In this document: positions 29,601 through 43,047 of the stretch, one piece after another
Layout: every line of letters begins with the position of its first letter
Numbering within the stretch: the stretch's first letter is position 1
DNA from: Eledone cirrhosa
Lineage: Eukaryota
Reading direction: 5' to 3'
Length of the DNA stretch: 64,000 nt
Assembly: GCA_964016885.1 (NCBI GenBank)
Contig: OZ024755.1
Location: 39,804,001 to 39,868,000 of the forward strand
The notes under the pieces: model-generated
Told to the model about the DNA's origin: nothing
Database searches by the model: none
Seen by the model: the letters and a program-made list of their open reading frames with translations, nothing else
Position numbers and translations under genes: made by a program

Positions 29601-32600
29601 TGTAGAGAGGTAGGGTGGTGTAGAGAGGTAGGGTAGTGTAGAGAGGTAGGGTGGTGTAGAGAGGTAGGGTAGTGTAGAGAGGTAGGGTGGTGTAGAGAGG
29701 TAGAGTGGTGTAGAGAGAGGTAGGGTGCTGTAGAGAGGTAGGGTAGTGTAGAGAGGTAGGGTGGTGTAGAGAGGTAGGGTAGTGTAGAGAGGTAGGGTGG
29801 TGTAGAGAGGTAGGGTAGTGTAGAGAGGTAGGGTGGTGTAGAGAGGTAGAGTGGTGTAGAGAGAGGTAGGGTGGTGAAGAGAGGTAGGGTAGTGTAGAGC
29901 GGTAGGGTGGTGTAGAGAGGTAGGGTAGTGTAGAGAGGTAGGGTGGTGTAGAGAGGTAGGGTGGTGTAGAGAGGTAGGGTAGTGTAGAGAGGTAGGGTGG
30001 TGTAGAGAGGTAGGGTAGTGTAGAGAGGTAGGGTGGTGTAGAGAGGTAGGGTGGTGTAGAGAGGTAGGGTAGTGTAGAGAGGTAGGGTGGTGTAGAGAGG
30101 TAGGGTAGTGTAGAGAGGTAGGGTAGTGTAGAGAGGTAGGGTGGTGTAGAGAGAGGTAGGGTGGTGTAGAGAGAGGTAGGGTGGTGTAGAGAGGGGTAGG
30201 GTGGTGTAGAGAGGTAGAGTGGTGTAGAGAGAGGTAGGGTGGTCTAGAGAGGTAGGGTGGTGTAGAGAGGTAGGGTGGTGTAGTGAGAGGTAGGGTGGTG
30301 TAGAGAGATAGGGTGGTGTAGTGAGATAGGGTGGTGTAGAGAGGTAGGGTGGTGTAGAGAGAGGTAGGGTGGTGTAGCGAGAGATAGGGTGGTGTAGAGA
30401 GAGGTAGGGTGGTGTAGAGAGAGGTAGGGTGCTGTAGAGAGGTAGAGTGGTGTAGAGAGGTAGGGTGGTGTAGAGAGGTATGGTGGTGTAGAGAGGTAGG
30501 GTGGTGTAGAGAGAGGTAGGGTGGTGTAGAGAGAGGTAGGGTGGTGTAGAGAGGTAGAGTGGTGTAGAGAGGTAGGGTGGTGTAGAGAGAGGTAGGGTGG
30601 TGTAGAGAGGTAGGGTGGTGTAGTGAGATAGGGTGGTGTAGAGAGGTAGGGTGGTGTAGAGAGAGGTAGGGTGGTGTAGAGAGGTAGGGTGGTGTAGAGA
30701 GGTAGGGTGGTGTAGAGAGAGATAGGGTGGTGTAGAGAGGTAGGGTGGTGTAGAGAGAGGTAGGGTGGTGTAGAGAGAGGTAGTTGGTTTAGAGAGATAG
30801 GGTCGTGTAGAGAATGATAGGGTGGTGTAGAGAGAGGTAGGGTGGTGTAGAGAGAGGTAGGGTGCTGTAGAGAGGTAGGGTAGTGTAGAGAGGTAGGGTG
30901 GTGTAGAGAGGTAGGGTGGTGTAGAGAGAGAGATAGGGTGGTGTAGAGAGGTAGGGTGGTGTAGAGAAGTAGGGTAGTGTAGAGAGGGTAAGGGTGGTGT
31001 AGAGAGGTAGGGTAGTGTAGAGAGAGGTAGGGTGGTGTAGAGAGGTAGGGTGGTGTAGAGAGGTAGGGTGGTGTAGAGAGGTAGAGTGGTGTAGAGAGGT
31101 AGGGTGGTGTAGAGAGAGGTAGGGTGGTGTAGAGAGGTAGGGTGGTGTAGAGAGAGGTAGGGTGGTGTAGAGAGGTAGGGTGGTGTAGAGAGGTAGGGTA
31201 GTGTAGAGAGGTAGGGTGGTGTAGAGAGGTAGAGTGGTGTAGAGAGAGGTAGGGTAGTGTAGAGAGGTAGGGTAGTGTAGAGAGGTAGGGTGGTGTATAG
31301 AGGTAGGGTAGTGTAGAGAGGTAGGGTGGTGTAGAGAGGTAGGGTAGTGTAGAGAGGTAGAGTGGTGTAGAGAGGTAGGGTGGTGTAGAGAGGTAGGGTA
31401 GTGTAGAGAGGTAGGGTGGTGTAGAGAGGTAGGGTAGTGTAGAGAGGTAGGGTGGTGTAGAGAGGTAGAGTGGTGTAGAGAGAGGTAGGGTGGTGTAGAG
31501 AGGTAGGGTAGTGTAGAGAGGTAGGGTGGTGTAGAGAGGTAGGGTAGTGTAGAGAGGTAGGGTGGTGTAGAGAGGTAGGGTAGTGTAGAGAGGTAGGGTG
31601 GTGTAGAGAGGTAGAGTGGTGTAGAGAGAGGTAGGGTGGTGTAGAGAGGTAGGGTAGTGTAGAGAGGTAGGGTGGTGTAGAGAGGTAGGGTAGTGTAGAG
31701 AGGTAGGGTGGTGTAGAGAGGTAGGGTAGTGTAGAGAGGTAGGGTGGTGTAGAGAGGTAGAGTGGTGTAGAGAGAGGTAGGGTGGTGTAGAGAGGTAGGG
31801 TAGTGTAGAGAGGTAGGGTGGTGTAGAGAGGTAGGGTAGTGTAGAGAGGTAGGGTGGTGTAGAGAGGTAGGGTAGTGTAGAGAGGTAGGGTGGTGTCGAG
31901 AGGTAGAGTGGTGTAGAGAGAGGTAGGGTGGTGTAGAGAGGTAGGGTAGTGTAGAGAGGTAGGGTGGTGTAGAGAGGTAGGGTAGTGTAGAGAGGTAGGG
32001 TGGTGTAGAGAGGTAGGGTGGTGTAGAGAGGTAGGGTAGTGTAGAGAGGTAGGGTGGTGTAGAGAGGTAGGGTAGTGTAGAGAGGTAGGGTGGTGTAGAG
32101 AGGTAGGGTGGTGTAGAGAGGTAGGGTAGTGTAGAGAGGTAGGGTGGTGTAGAGAGGTAGGGTAGTGTAGAGAGGTAGGGTAGTGTAGAGAGGTAGGGTG
32201 GTGTAGAGAGAGGTAGGGTGGTGTAGAGAGAGGTAGGGTGGTGTAGAGAGAGGTAGGGTGGTGTAGAGAGGTAGAGTGGTGTAGAGAGAGGTAGGGTGGT
32301 GTAGAGAGGTAGGGTGGTCTAGAGAGGTAGGGTGGTGTAGAGAGGTAGGGTGGTGTAGTGAGAGGTAGGGTGGTGTAGAGAGGTAGGGTGGTGTAGTGAG
32401 ATAGGGTGGTGTAGAGAGAGGTAGGGTGGTGTAGAGAGAGGTAGGGTGGTGTAGCGAGAGATAGGGTGGTGTAGAGAGAGGTAGGGTGCTGTAGAGAGGT
32501 AGGGTGGTGTAGAGAGGTAGGGTAGTGTAGAGAGGTAGGGTAGTGTAGAGAGGTAGGGTGGTGTAGAGAGAGGTAGGGTGGTGTAGAGAGGTAGGGTAGT

Positions 32601-34288
32601 GTAGAGAGGTAGGGTGGTGTAGAGAGGTAGGGTGGTGTAGAGAGAGGTAGGGTGGTGTAGAGAGAGGTAGGGTGGTGTAGAGAGAGGTAGGGTGGTGTAG
32701 AGAGGTAGAGTGGTGTAGAGAGAGGTAGGGTGGTGTAGAGAGGTAGGGTGGTCTAGAGAGGTAGGGTGGTGTAGAGAGGTAGGGTGGTGTAGTGAGAGGT
32801 AGGGTGGTGTAGAGAGGTAGGGTGGTGTAGTGAGATAGGGTGGTGTAGAGAGGTAGGGTGGTGTAGAGAGAGATAGGGTGGTGTAGAGAGAGGTAGGGTG
32901 GTGTAGAGAGAGGTAGGGTGGTGTAGAGAGAGGTAGGGTGGTGTAGCGAGAGATAGGGTGGTGTAGAGAGAGGTAGGGTGCTGTAGAGAGGTAGAGTGGT
33001 GTAGAGAGGTAGGGTGGTGTAGAGAGGTATGGTGGTGTAGAGAGGTAGGGTGGTGTAGAGAGAGGTAGGGTGGTGTAGAGAGAGGTAGGGTGGTGTAGAG
33101 AGGTAGAGTGGTGTAGAGAGAGGTAGGGTGGTGTAGAGAGGTAGGGTGGTGTAGTGAGATAGGGTGGTGTAGAGAGGTAGGTTGGTGTAGAGAGAAGTAG
33201 GGTGGTGTAGAGAGGTAGGGTGGTGTAGAGAGGTAGGGTGGTGTAGAGAGGTAGGGTGGTGTAGAGAGAGATAGGGTGGTGTAGAGAGGTAGGGTGGTGT
33301 AGAGAGAGGTAGGGTGGTGTAGAGAGGTAGGGTGGTGTAGTGAGATAGGGTGGTGTAGAGAGGTAGGGTGGTGTAGAGAGAGGTAGGGTGGTGTAGAGAG
33401 GTAGGGTGGTGTAGAGAGGTAGGGTGGTGTAGAGAGGTAGGGTGGTGTAGAGAGAGATAGGGTGGTGTAGAGAGGTAGGGTGGTGTAGAGAGAGGTAGGG
33501 TGGTGTAGAGAGGTATGGTGGTGTAGTGAGATAGGGTGGTGTAGAGAGGTAGGGTGGTGTAGAGAGAGGTAGGGTGGTGTAGAGAGGTAGGGTGGTGTAG
33601 AGAGGTAGAGTGGTGTAGAGAGGTAGGGTGGTGTAGAGAGGTAGAGTGGTGTAGAGAGGTAGGGTGGTGTAGAGAGGTAGGGTGGTGTAGAGAGGTAGGG
33701 TGGTGTAGAGAGGTAGGGTGGTGTAGAGAGGTAGGGTGGTGTAGAGAGGTAGGGTAGTGTAGTGAGATAGGGTAGTGTAGAGAGAGGTAGGGTGGTGTAG
33801 AGAGTCAGGGTGGTGTAGAGAGTCAGGGTGGTGTAGAGAGGTAGGGTAGTGTAGAGAGGTAGGGTTGTGTAGAGAGAGGTAGGGTGGTGTAGAGAGATAG
33901 GGTGGTGTAGTGAGAGGTAGGGTGGTGTAGAGAGGTAGGGTGGTGTAGAGAGATAGGGTAGTGTAGAGAGGTAGGGTAGTGTAGAGAGGTAGGGTGGTGT
34001 AGAGAGATAGGGTGGTGTAGAGAGATAGGGTGGTGTAGAGAGAGGTAGGGTGGTAGAGAGATAGGGTGGTGTAGAGAGAGGAAGGTGGTGTAGAGAGATA
34101 GGGTAGTGTAGAGAGATAGGGTGGTGTAGAGAGAGGTAGGGTGGTAGAGAGATAGGGTGGTGTAGAGAGAGGAAGGTGGTGTAGAGAGATAGGGTAGTGT
34201 AGAGAGAGGTAGTGTGTTGTAGATAGAGGTAGGGTGGTGTAGATAGAGGTAGGGTGGTGTAGAGAGGTAGGGTGGTGTAGAGAGATAG
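26635..34288. repeat. G-rich 17/19-bp satellite (AGGGTGGTGTAGAGAGGT[+AG])
   Basis: Continuous periodicity, and the plus strand is almost devoid of C. Confidence 0.98.
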
Positions 34289-34716
34289 TCTTACCTTTAA
34301 TTTCATTTCTGTGCGTCTCTTACTCTCTCCCTCTCCACCATCCACCCTTTTTGTTTGTTTCCCTCTCTGTCTCCCTCTCTGTCTCCCTCTATCTCCTTAT
34401 TTTTTTATTGCTCCCTCTCTTCCTTTCTCTGTCTCTCTATCTCCCTCTCCCACCTCTTTCCCTCTGTAACTTCTTCCTCCCTCCTACAACACTTTCACCA
34501 CCCACACACATCACTAACACTATTACCACCAACACCAATCCCATCAACTACCCCCCCCCCCCCCCCAACAACAACAACCAATAGCTGTGTCTGTAACTCA
34601 ATATTTACGGAGATATTCCCGCCTTTTATTATATCCACCGGAAATGAAAATATTTTAAGGAAGACGTCGAGGATTTCATTCTAAAAATCTGAAATCGTTT
34701 CCTTGTTAATAAGTCT

Positions 34717-35218
34717 GTGATCGATCAGTGGCACAGATCGATAATGTGATGAACGTGTGATCTATCAGTGGTAGATATTGATAATGTAGTGAATGTGAGA
34801 TCTATCAGTGGCACAGATCAATAATATAGTGAACCTCTGATCTATTAGTGGCACATATCGATAATGTAATGAATGTCTGATCTATCAGTGGCACAGATCG
34901 ATTACATTGGAGCCTGTGATCTATCAGAGGTACATATCGATTATATATGAACCTGTGATCTATCAGTGGCACATATCGATAAGGGAGTGAATGTTTGATG
35001 TATCACTGGAACATATCGATTATATATGAACCTGTGATCTATCAGCGGCACATATCGATAAGGTATTGAACAAGTGATCTATCGGTAGCACTAATCGATT
35101 ACATATGATCATGTGATGTATCAGAACCACCAATCAATTACATATGATCGTGTGATCTATCAGTGACACAAATCGATAATATAATGAATGTGTAATCTAT
35201 CGGTGACACAGATCGATA
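34717..35218. repeat. Degenerate ~38-41-bp minisatellite (GTGATCTATCAGTGGCACATATCGAT...)
   Basis: About 13 diverged units. Confidence 0.85.
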
Positions 35219-35270
35219 TATTTATGTTGACATCCCAGAGATGAAACAGTTGTTTGAGAAAACGGCTTCA

Positions 35271-36200
35271 TTGTCACCAACTCTACCATATATGGTATAT
35301 AACAGATGACGTCATCTGTTATATACCATATATGGTATATAACAGAAGACGTCATTGTCACCAACACCACCATATATGGTATATAACAGAAGACGTCATT
35401 GTCACCAACACCACCATATATGGTATATAACAGTTGACGTCATTGTCACCAACACCACCATATATGGTATATAACAGTTGACGTCTTGTCACCAACCCCA
35501 CCATATATGGTATATAACAGATGACGTCATTGTCACCAACCCCACCATATATGGTATATAACAGAAGACGTCATTGTCACCAACACCACCATATATGGTA
35601 TATAACAGAAGACGTCATTGTCACCAACACCACCATATATGGTATATAACAGAAGACGTCATTGTCACCAACACCACCATATATGGTATATAACAGAAGA
35701 CGTCATTGTCACCAACCCCACCATATATGGTATATAACAGAAGACGTCATTGTCACCAACACCACCATATATGGTATATAACAGAAGACGTCATTGTCAC
35801 CAACACCACCATATATGGTATATAACAGAAGACGTCATTGTCACCAACACCACCATATATGGTATATAACAGATGACGTCATTGTCACTAACACCACCAT
35901 ATATGGTATATAACAGATGACGTCATTGCCACCAACCCCACTATATATGGTATATAACAGTTGACGTCTTGTCACCAACCCCACCATATATGGTATATAA
36001 CAGATGACGTCATTGTCACCAACCCCACCATATATGGTATATAACTGGTGACGTCATTGTCACCAACCCCACCATATATGGTATATAACAGATGACGTCA
36101 TTGTCACCAACACCACCATATATGGTATATAACTGGTGACGTCATTGTCACCAACACCACCATATATGACGTCATTGTCACCAACACCATATATGGTATC
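35271..36200. repeat. 44-bp minisatellite built from palindromes (ACCATATATGGT; GACGTC)
   Basis: Unit CATTGTCACCAACACCACCATATATGGTATATAACAGAAGACGT, about 21 copies. Confidence 0.96.
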
Positions 36201-36492
36201 TATAAGACGCTGTGATTAAGATAGTGTTCTTCAACAAGTCCCTTTATCTCACGTCTTCAAGTCTCCTCAACTGACAAAAATAAGTTATATACTTGTAATA
36301 GCTTTATCACACCCAGTGTTATGCTGAATCTCCCTGAGAAATATGTCGGAATGCTTGGCTACTTGTACGTTAAATTCTCGACTGGGCTGTTCCGTTGGTC
36401 GAATCAAATGGAACGCTCATCGTCGGAACTGACGGAGGTGCAATACACACAAATTAGTTTATAAATATTGTAATGTATAGGATTATCTAGGA

Positions 36493-36711
36493 CAGTCATG
36501 GGTAAACTGGCGACCGTGGGGCGCCTGCAGCCCCTTTCGGTTCCTGAATGGCACACCTAATTTAAAACTTTCCTTGAATTTCTTACTAATGTGGCCCACC
36601 TCATGATGAGCCACACCCTATGTGGCCCACCTCATGATGAGCCACACCCTATGTGGCTCACCTTATGATGAGTCACATCCTATGTGGTCCACCTTATGAT
36701 GTCCACGCCGG
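36493..36711. mobile_element. hAT (Charlie/Buster-type) MITE containing a 31-bp internal tandem repeat
   Basis: Perfect 8-bp TSD ATCTAGGA (36485-36492 and 36712-36719). Degenerate TIRs CAGTCATGGG / GTCCACGCCGG. About 4 copies of TGTGGCCCACCTCATGATGAGCCACACCCTA. Confidence 0.7.
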
Positions 36712-37208
36712 ATCTAGGAGTAGCTGTGTGTTTGCTGTAGTTTCGCTATAAACAGGTATAGGTGAATGGTTAAGAATCTCGCTTCGTAATAATTAAAAGC
36801 TCATGGGTTGTATCCAAGTGGGTGGCATCTTAAATCCTCGGAGTGACTCAAGCTCGTTAGGGCCAAGCCATGTCTCAAAGAGTATCACGTTGGATCTCAC
36901 TGAGAGTACTCAGCCACTTGGACTATAATACAAGATAGACTTATTTGTAATTCAACGGAACAGCCTTGTCACATATTGTGTGAAGGTGATCCAGCTTCAG
37001 CTTTACGTTAACAGTACACGTGTCTGTGGAATATTCAAACACTGGCAGGATTGTTCACAAGTTAGATATTCAGTCGATTGAAAAACTGATTGATCATCGT
37101 CAAATCCAACGGAGGATCTCTCAACACATTCTTATAAGTATTAGCGTACATGATAGTGTTGGTGTATATAATAAAGTTGGTGTATATAGTAATGTTGGTA
37201 TATATGAT

Positions 37209-37396
37209 AATTGTTTCTACTTTTGGCACAAGGCCAGCAATTACCCAGTGTATTACTGGTACTTTATTTTATCGACCCCGTAAGGATGAAAAGCAAAGTT
37301 AACCTCGGCGTGATTTGAACTCAGATTGTAAAGGGACGTAACTATGCTGGAAAGCATGGCATCTGACTCTCTAACGATACTACCAATCCATCGCCC
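37209..37396 (-). mobile_element. tRNA-derived SINE (family A), full length
   Basis: Matches the reverse complement of the 42741 copy, including the GGGCG head. Confidence 0.92.
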
Positions 37397-37410
37397 TTGG
37401 TGTATATAAT

Positions 37411-37614
37411 AATGGTTTCTTATTTAGGCACAAGGCCAGCATTTTTTTTTGGGGGGGGGTCGATGAAATTGACCCCAGTGCGTGACTGGTACTTTATTTT
37501 ATCGACCCCGTAAGGATGAAAGGCAAAGTTAACCTCGGCGGGATTTGAACTCAGATCATAAAGGGCGATAATTCTATGCTGCAAAGCATGGTGTCTGACG
37601 CTCTACCGATATTG
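37411..37614 (-). mobile_element. tRNA-derived SINE (family A variant)
   Basis: Same body, with a longer 3' segment (GTCGAT..TTGACCCCAGTG). Confidence 0.9.
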
Positions 37615-37677
37615 GGTGTATATGATAAAGTTGGTTTATATGATAATGGTGTATATAATAATGTTGGTGTATATCAT

Positions 37678-38389
37678 GAGGGTAGAGATAATGTGTAGGC
37701 GACTCACTGGCTGGATCTTGAGGACTTTCCGGACAAGCGACCTAGACACCATGTTTACACTATGGAGGACATTTGTCCTAAGCCGCCTGGACTATTGCTC
37801 CCAGTTGTGGTCACCCCATACTGTCAAACTAACCACGGAGCTTGAGGCAACCCAGCGAAGCTACACCAAGAGGATTGCCAAGATGAGGGAGATAAGCTAC
37901 TGGGAGAGGCTAAAGGAACTGAACCTCTACTCCTTGGAACGAAGACGGAAGAGATACGCAGTGATCTACATGTGGAAAATCCTGGAGGGACTAGCACCAA
38001 ACTTTGGCATTGGGAGCTGGACCAACCCCTGAACAGGACATCACTGTGTAGTACCAAAGGTCTCGTCTTCCACATCTAGAATAAGGAGCAGATATTGCAA
38101 TAGCCTGGGGTTCAAGGGCCCTCAAATCTTCAACAACTGCCGAGCGATCTGAGAGATCTGCATTGTGTGGACGTGGATGTTTTCAAGAAGCATCTCGACA
38201 CCCAGCTATCCATGATCCCGGATGACCCTACAGCACGATACAAAGGTAACCTAAGGACAGCAGCAACGAACTCCATCTTACACCACTGGCCATCCAACAA
38301 AGGCTGGAGATAAAATGTGTAGCAACAAGGGCGGTGCCCCAGCATGACCTCAGCCGGATGGCTGGAACAGGTAAAAGAGTAAAAGAGTA
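37678..38389 (+). mobile_element. CR1-group LINE 3' fragment with 3' UTR and short tandem tail
   Basis: GWILRTF..LWRTFVLSRLDYCSQLWSP..ELEATQRSYTKRI..SYWERLKELNLYSLERRR, with an in-frame stop after it. Ends GGCGGTGCCCCAGCATG..(GTAAAAGA)2. Confidence 0.88.
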
Positions 38390-38894
38390 TATGATAATGT
38401 TGGCTGTGTGAGTTGTTGTTTGGTTGAATGTAATCGATAAAGCTACGGGTATTGACAGCAAACAACTATGGCGGACAAAAGTAATCACTTAAGGCTATTT
38501 GATGATGGGTCCTCCATCGATTTCGACGATGACTATTCAATCATTGACCAATGAACTCATGAAGTAACATGTAGGAGGTGTAGTATTCCATACACACGTC
38601 TTAATACTCAAGCCGTGCTATCGGGACAACTTATATGACAAGGCTAGACATTTCATCTCCCTGTACAATCATTTTCATGGACTTCCACGCAATCTCTGCC
38701 TGCCCAATTTCATTCACAACCTTTCGGTTGAAACAATGTCATGTTGAATTCACTGGTAGTCAGGTGTCACCCAGTCCACTCAAATACTCAACCTCATCAG
38801 TGAAAAGGAAACTTCGTAACCACGGATATGGGATTACATTTCAGTTTGGCTTTTATATCCTCATCGCCAGAATCATTGACGTCGACATCACCGA

Positions 38895-41333
38895 CACTAC
38901 CATCACCACCAACACCCCTACCACCACCACCACCACCACCGCCACCCTCTCTACCACCACCACCGCCGCAACCCTCTCTACCACCACCACAACCACCATC
39001 GCTATACCACTACCAACATAACCCACCACCACCACCAACATAACCCACCACCACCACCAACATAACCCACCACCACCACCAACACTACCACCACCACCTT
39101 CACTAGTCTCTACCACCACCACCACCATCACTACCACCACCACCCACCACCACCACCCCTACTACCACCACCATCACTGTCACCACCCACCACCTTCACT
39201 AGTCTCTACCACCACCACCACCACTAGTCTCTACCAACACCACCACCACTAGTCTACCAACACCACCACCACCACCACCGCCACCTTCACTAGTCTCTAC
39301 CACCACCACCACCACCTTCACTAGTCTCTACCAACACCACCACCACTACGACAACCCACCACCACCACCACCACCGCCACCTTCACTAGTCTGTACCATC
39401 ACCACCGCCACCTTCACTAGTCTCTACCACCACCACCTTCACTAGTCTCTACCAACATCATCACCACTACGACAACCCACCACCACCACCACCGCCACCT
39501 TCACTAGTCTCTACCAACACCACCGCCACCTTCACTAGTCTCTACCTAACACCACCACCACCACGACAACCCACACCACCACCTCCACCTTCACTAGTCT
39601 CTACCAACACCACCACCACCACGACAACCCACACCACCACCACCGCCACCTTCACTAGTCTCTACCAACACCACCACCACTACGACAACCCACACCACCA
39701 CCTCCACCTTCACTAGTCTCTACCAACACCACCACCACCACGACAACCCACACCACCACCACCACCTTCACTAGTCTCTACCAACACCACCACCACCACG
39801 ACAACCCACACCACCACCACCTCCACCTTCACTAGTCTCTACCAACACCACCACCACCACGACAACCCACCACCACGACCGCCACCTTCACTAATCTCTA
39901 CCAACACCACCACCACTACGACAACCCACCACCACCACGACCGCCACCTTCACTAGTCTCTACCAACATCACCACCACTACGACAACCCACCACCACCAC
40001 CACCACCACCACCATCACCACCGCCACCTTCACTAGTCTCTACCAACACCACCGCCACCTTCACTAGTCTCTACCAACACCACCACCACCACGACAACCC
40101 ACCACCACGACCGTCACCTTCACTGTCTCTACCAACACCACCACCACTACGACAACCCACCACCACCACCTCCACCTTCACTAGTCTCTACCAACACCAC
40201 CACCACCACGACAACCCACCACCACGACCGCCACCTTCACTAGTCTCTACCAACACCACCACCACTACGACAACCCACCACCACCAACACCTCCACCTTC
40301 ACTAGTCTCTACCAACACCACCACCACCACGACAACCCACCACCACGACCGCCACCTTCACTAGTCTCTACCAACACCACCACCACTACGACAACCCACC
40401 ACCACCACCACCGCCACCTTCACTAGTCTCTACCAACACCACCACCACCACGACAACCCACCACCACGACCGCCACCTTCACTAGTCTCTACCAACACCA
40501 CCACCACCTTCACTAGTCTCTACCATCACCACCGCCACCTTCACTAGTCTCTACCAACACCACCACCACTACGACAACCCACCACCACCACCGCCACCTT
40601 CACTAGTCCACCACCACCACCATTACGACAACCCACCACCACTACCACCACCATTACGACAACCCACCACCACCACCACCACCACCTTCACTAGTCTCTA
40701 CCACCACCACCACCACCTTCACTAGTCTCTACCAACACCACCACCACTACGACAACCCACCACCACCACCACCACCACCGCCACCTTCACCTTCACTAGT
40801 CTCTACCACCACCACCACCACCTTCACTAGTCTCTACCAACACCACCACCACCTTCACTAGTCTCTACCATCACCACCGCCACCTTCACTAGTCTCTACC
40901 AACACCACCACCACCTTCACTAGTCTCTACCAACACCACCACCACCTTCACTAGTCTCTACCATCACCACCGCCACCTTCACTAGTCTCTACCAACACCA
41001 CCACCACTACGACAACCCACCACCACCACCGCCACCTTCACTAGTCCACCACCACCACCATTACGACAACCCACCACCACTACCACCACCATTACGACAA
41101 CCCACCACCACCACCACCGCCACCTTCACTAGTCTCTACCAACACCACCACCACCACCACCACCACTACCACCTTCACTAGTCTCTACCAACACCACCAC
41201 CACTACGACAACCCACCACCACCACCGCCACCTTCACTAGTCTCTACCAACACCACCACCACTACGACAACCCACCACCACCACCACCACAACCCAACAC
41301 CACCACCACTACGACAACCCACCACCACCACCT
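38895..41333. repeat. Complex (CAC)n-based minisatellite with CTTCACTAGTCTCTACCA and ACGACAACC modules
   Basis: Direct inspection. Confidence 0.95.
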
Positions 41334-42145
41334 ACATGTAAATACCACCGAAGACAATGAAAGCTGAGAAACATAAGAGCCTATATTGCTAAAATAGATA
41401 TTTTTATATCGTATTAAATCTTAGATAAACATTTCCATGTTTCCTCTCAACAAGAAAATGACCGTTTCGTCTCTGTAATATCTTCTTCCGGACATTCACA
41501 TCGATTGTATGTCATGATTCCATCTTTGATATCCTATCACCGGAAATAATTAATCATTATATTCTATATATCATACTTACATTTAGCTAACATCATCCAA
41601 ATATTTACCAAGTTAAATAATTGACAAAGGCAATGTTTATTCCGCCTTTTGTTAAATTATTCTAACTAAAATATGAAAAAAAAAAAGAACGGAGCTGATC
41701 AACAGATCAGACGAAGGAAGCAATGTTTCCCTTGATCTTTCTTTTGCTGTTATTATCTGCTGGTCGCAACTCCTGGCATTCTAATTTGCTAACGTGTAAA
41801 ATTGTGCAATTACAGTCTTTTAGACAATTTGGTTTTCATTCCATCGTGGAGAGGAAGTGATAGTTTATGGCCGTTTACTGTGATTTAATATAAATTGAAT
41901 TGCTTAGGTATTTGTATCTGAGGTCAGCTTTAGACAAACTTCCATAAAATTGTCATTTCAGTTATGGTCCTTTTGACAGAAATGTTTTAACTTCACAGCA
42001 CTGATAATTCACAAAGATTTATAGAAACAATTACGGCGGTGTGGCTAAGGGTTTCATTTCACAATTACATGGTTTCGGATTCAGCGCCACTGCATAGCAC
42101 CTACATGTATTTATATTATAATTGCATTGTGATTTCAAGTTAAAC

Positions 42146-42638
<493 letters not shown>

Positions 42639-42740
42639 ATATATATATTTTATGTTTGGGGAGGGTCATGTTGCCAATAAGAAACACACGCACCATTGCT
42701 TTCACTCCAATTTATTATAAATTAAATTTATAAAATTAAG

Positions 42741-42926
42741 GGCGGTGGATTGGCAGTATCGGTAGAGGGTCGGACGCCATGCTTTGACGCATAGAGTTAC
42801 GGCTCTTGCCATTCTGAGTTCAAATCCCGCCGAGGTTAACTTTGCCTTTCATCCTTACGGGGTCGATAAAATAAAGTACCAGTAATACACTGGGTAATTG
42901 CTGGCCTTGTGCCAAAAGTAGAAATA
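42741..42926 (+). mobile_element. Full-length tRNA-derived SINE (family A) with TSD
   Basis: A-box-like TGGCAGTATCGGT and B-box GAGTTCAAATCCC. 20-bp TSD ATTAAATTTATAAAATTAAG at 42721-42740 and 42927-42946. Confidence 0.95.
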
Positions 42927-43004
42927 ATTAAATTTATAAAATTAAGAATTTATAAATTTCCGGTTGGTTGGTTGGTTCCATAACCGGACTGTTGTTCATA
43001 TATT

Positions 43005-43047
43005 GTCAAAGTTCTTTCCTCACACATTCTGTGACCTCTTCAGTGAC
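43005..43047 (-). ncRNA. Minimal type I hammerhead ribozyme motif (slightly decayed)
   Basis: GTCA-CTGAAGAG-GTCACAgaatgTGTGAG-GAAA-GaaC-T-T-TGAC. The stem II closing pair is mutated. Confidence 0.6.

Noticed and set aside
32753-34345. 530-aa STPPYL/LHHP extensin-like ORF
   Set aside because: It is the C-rich strand of the 17/19-bp satellite, and the frame wanders with unit length.
42741-42830. tRNA genes at A/B-box sites (also 50730-50806, ~42034, ~36757)
   Set aside because: No complete cloverleaf, and the clear cases continue into SINE bodies.
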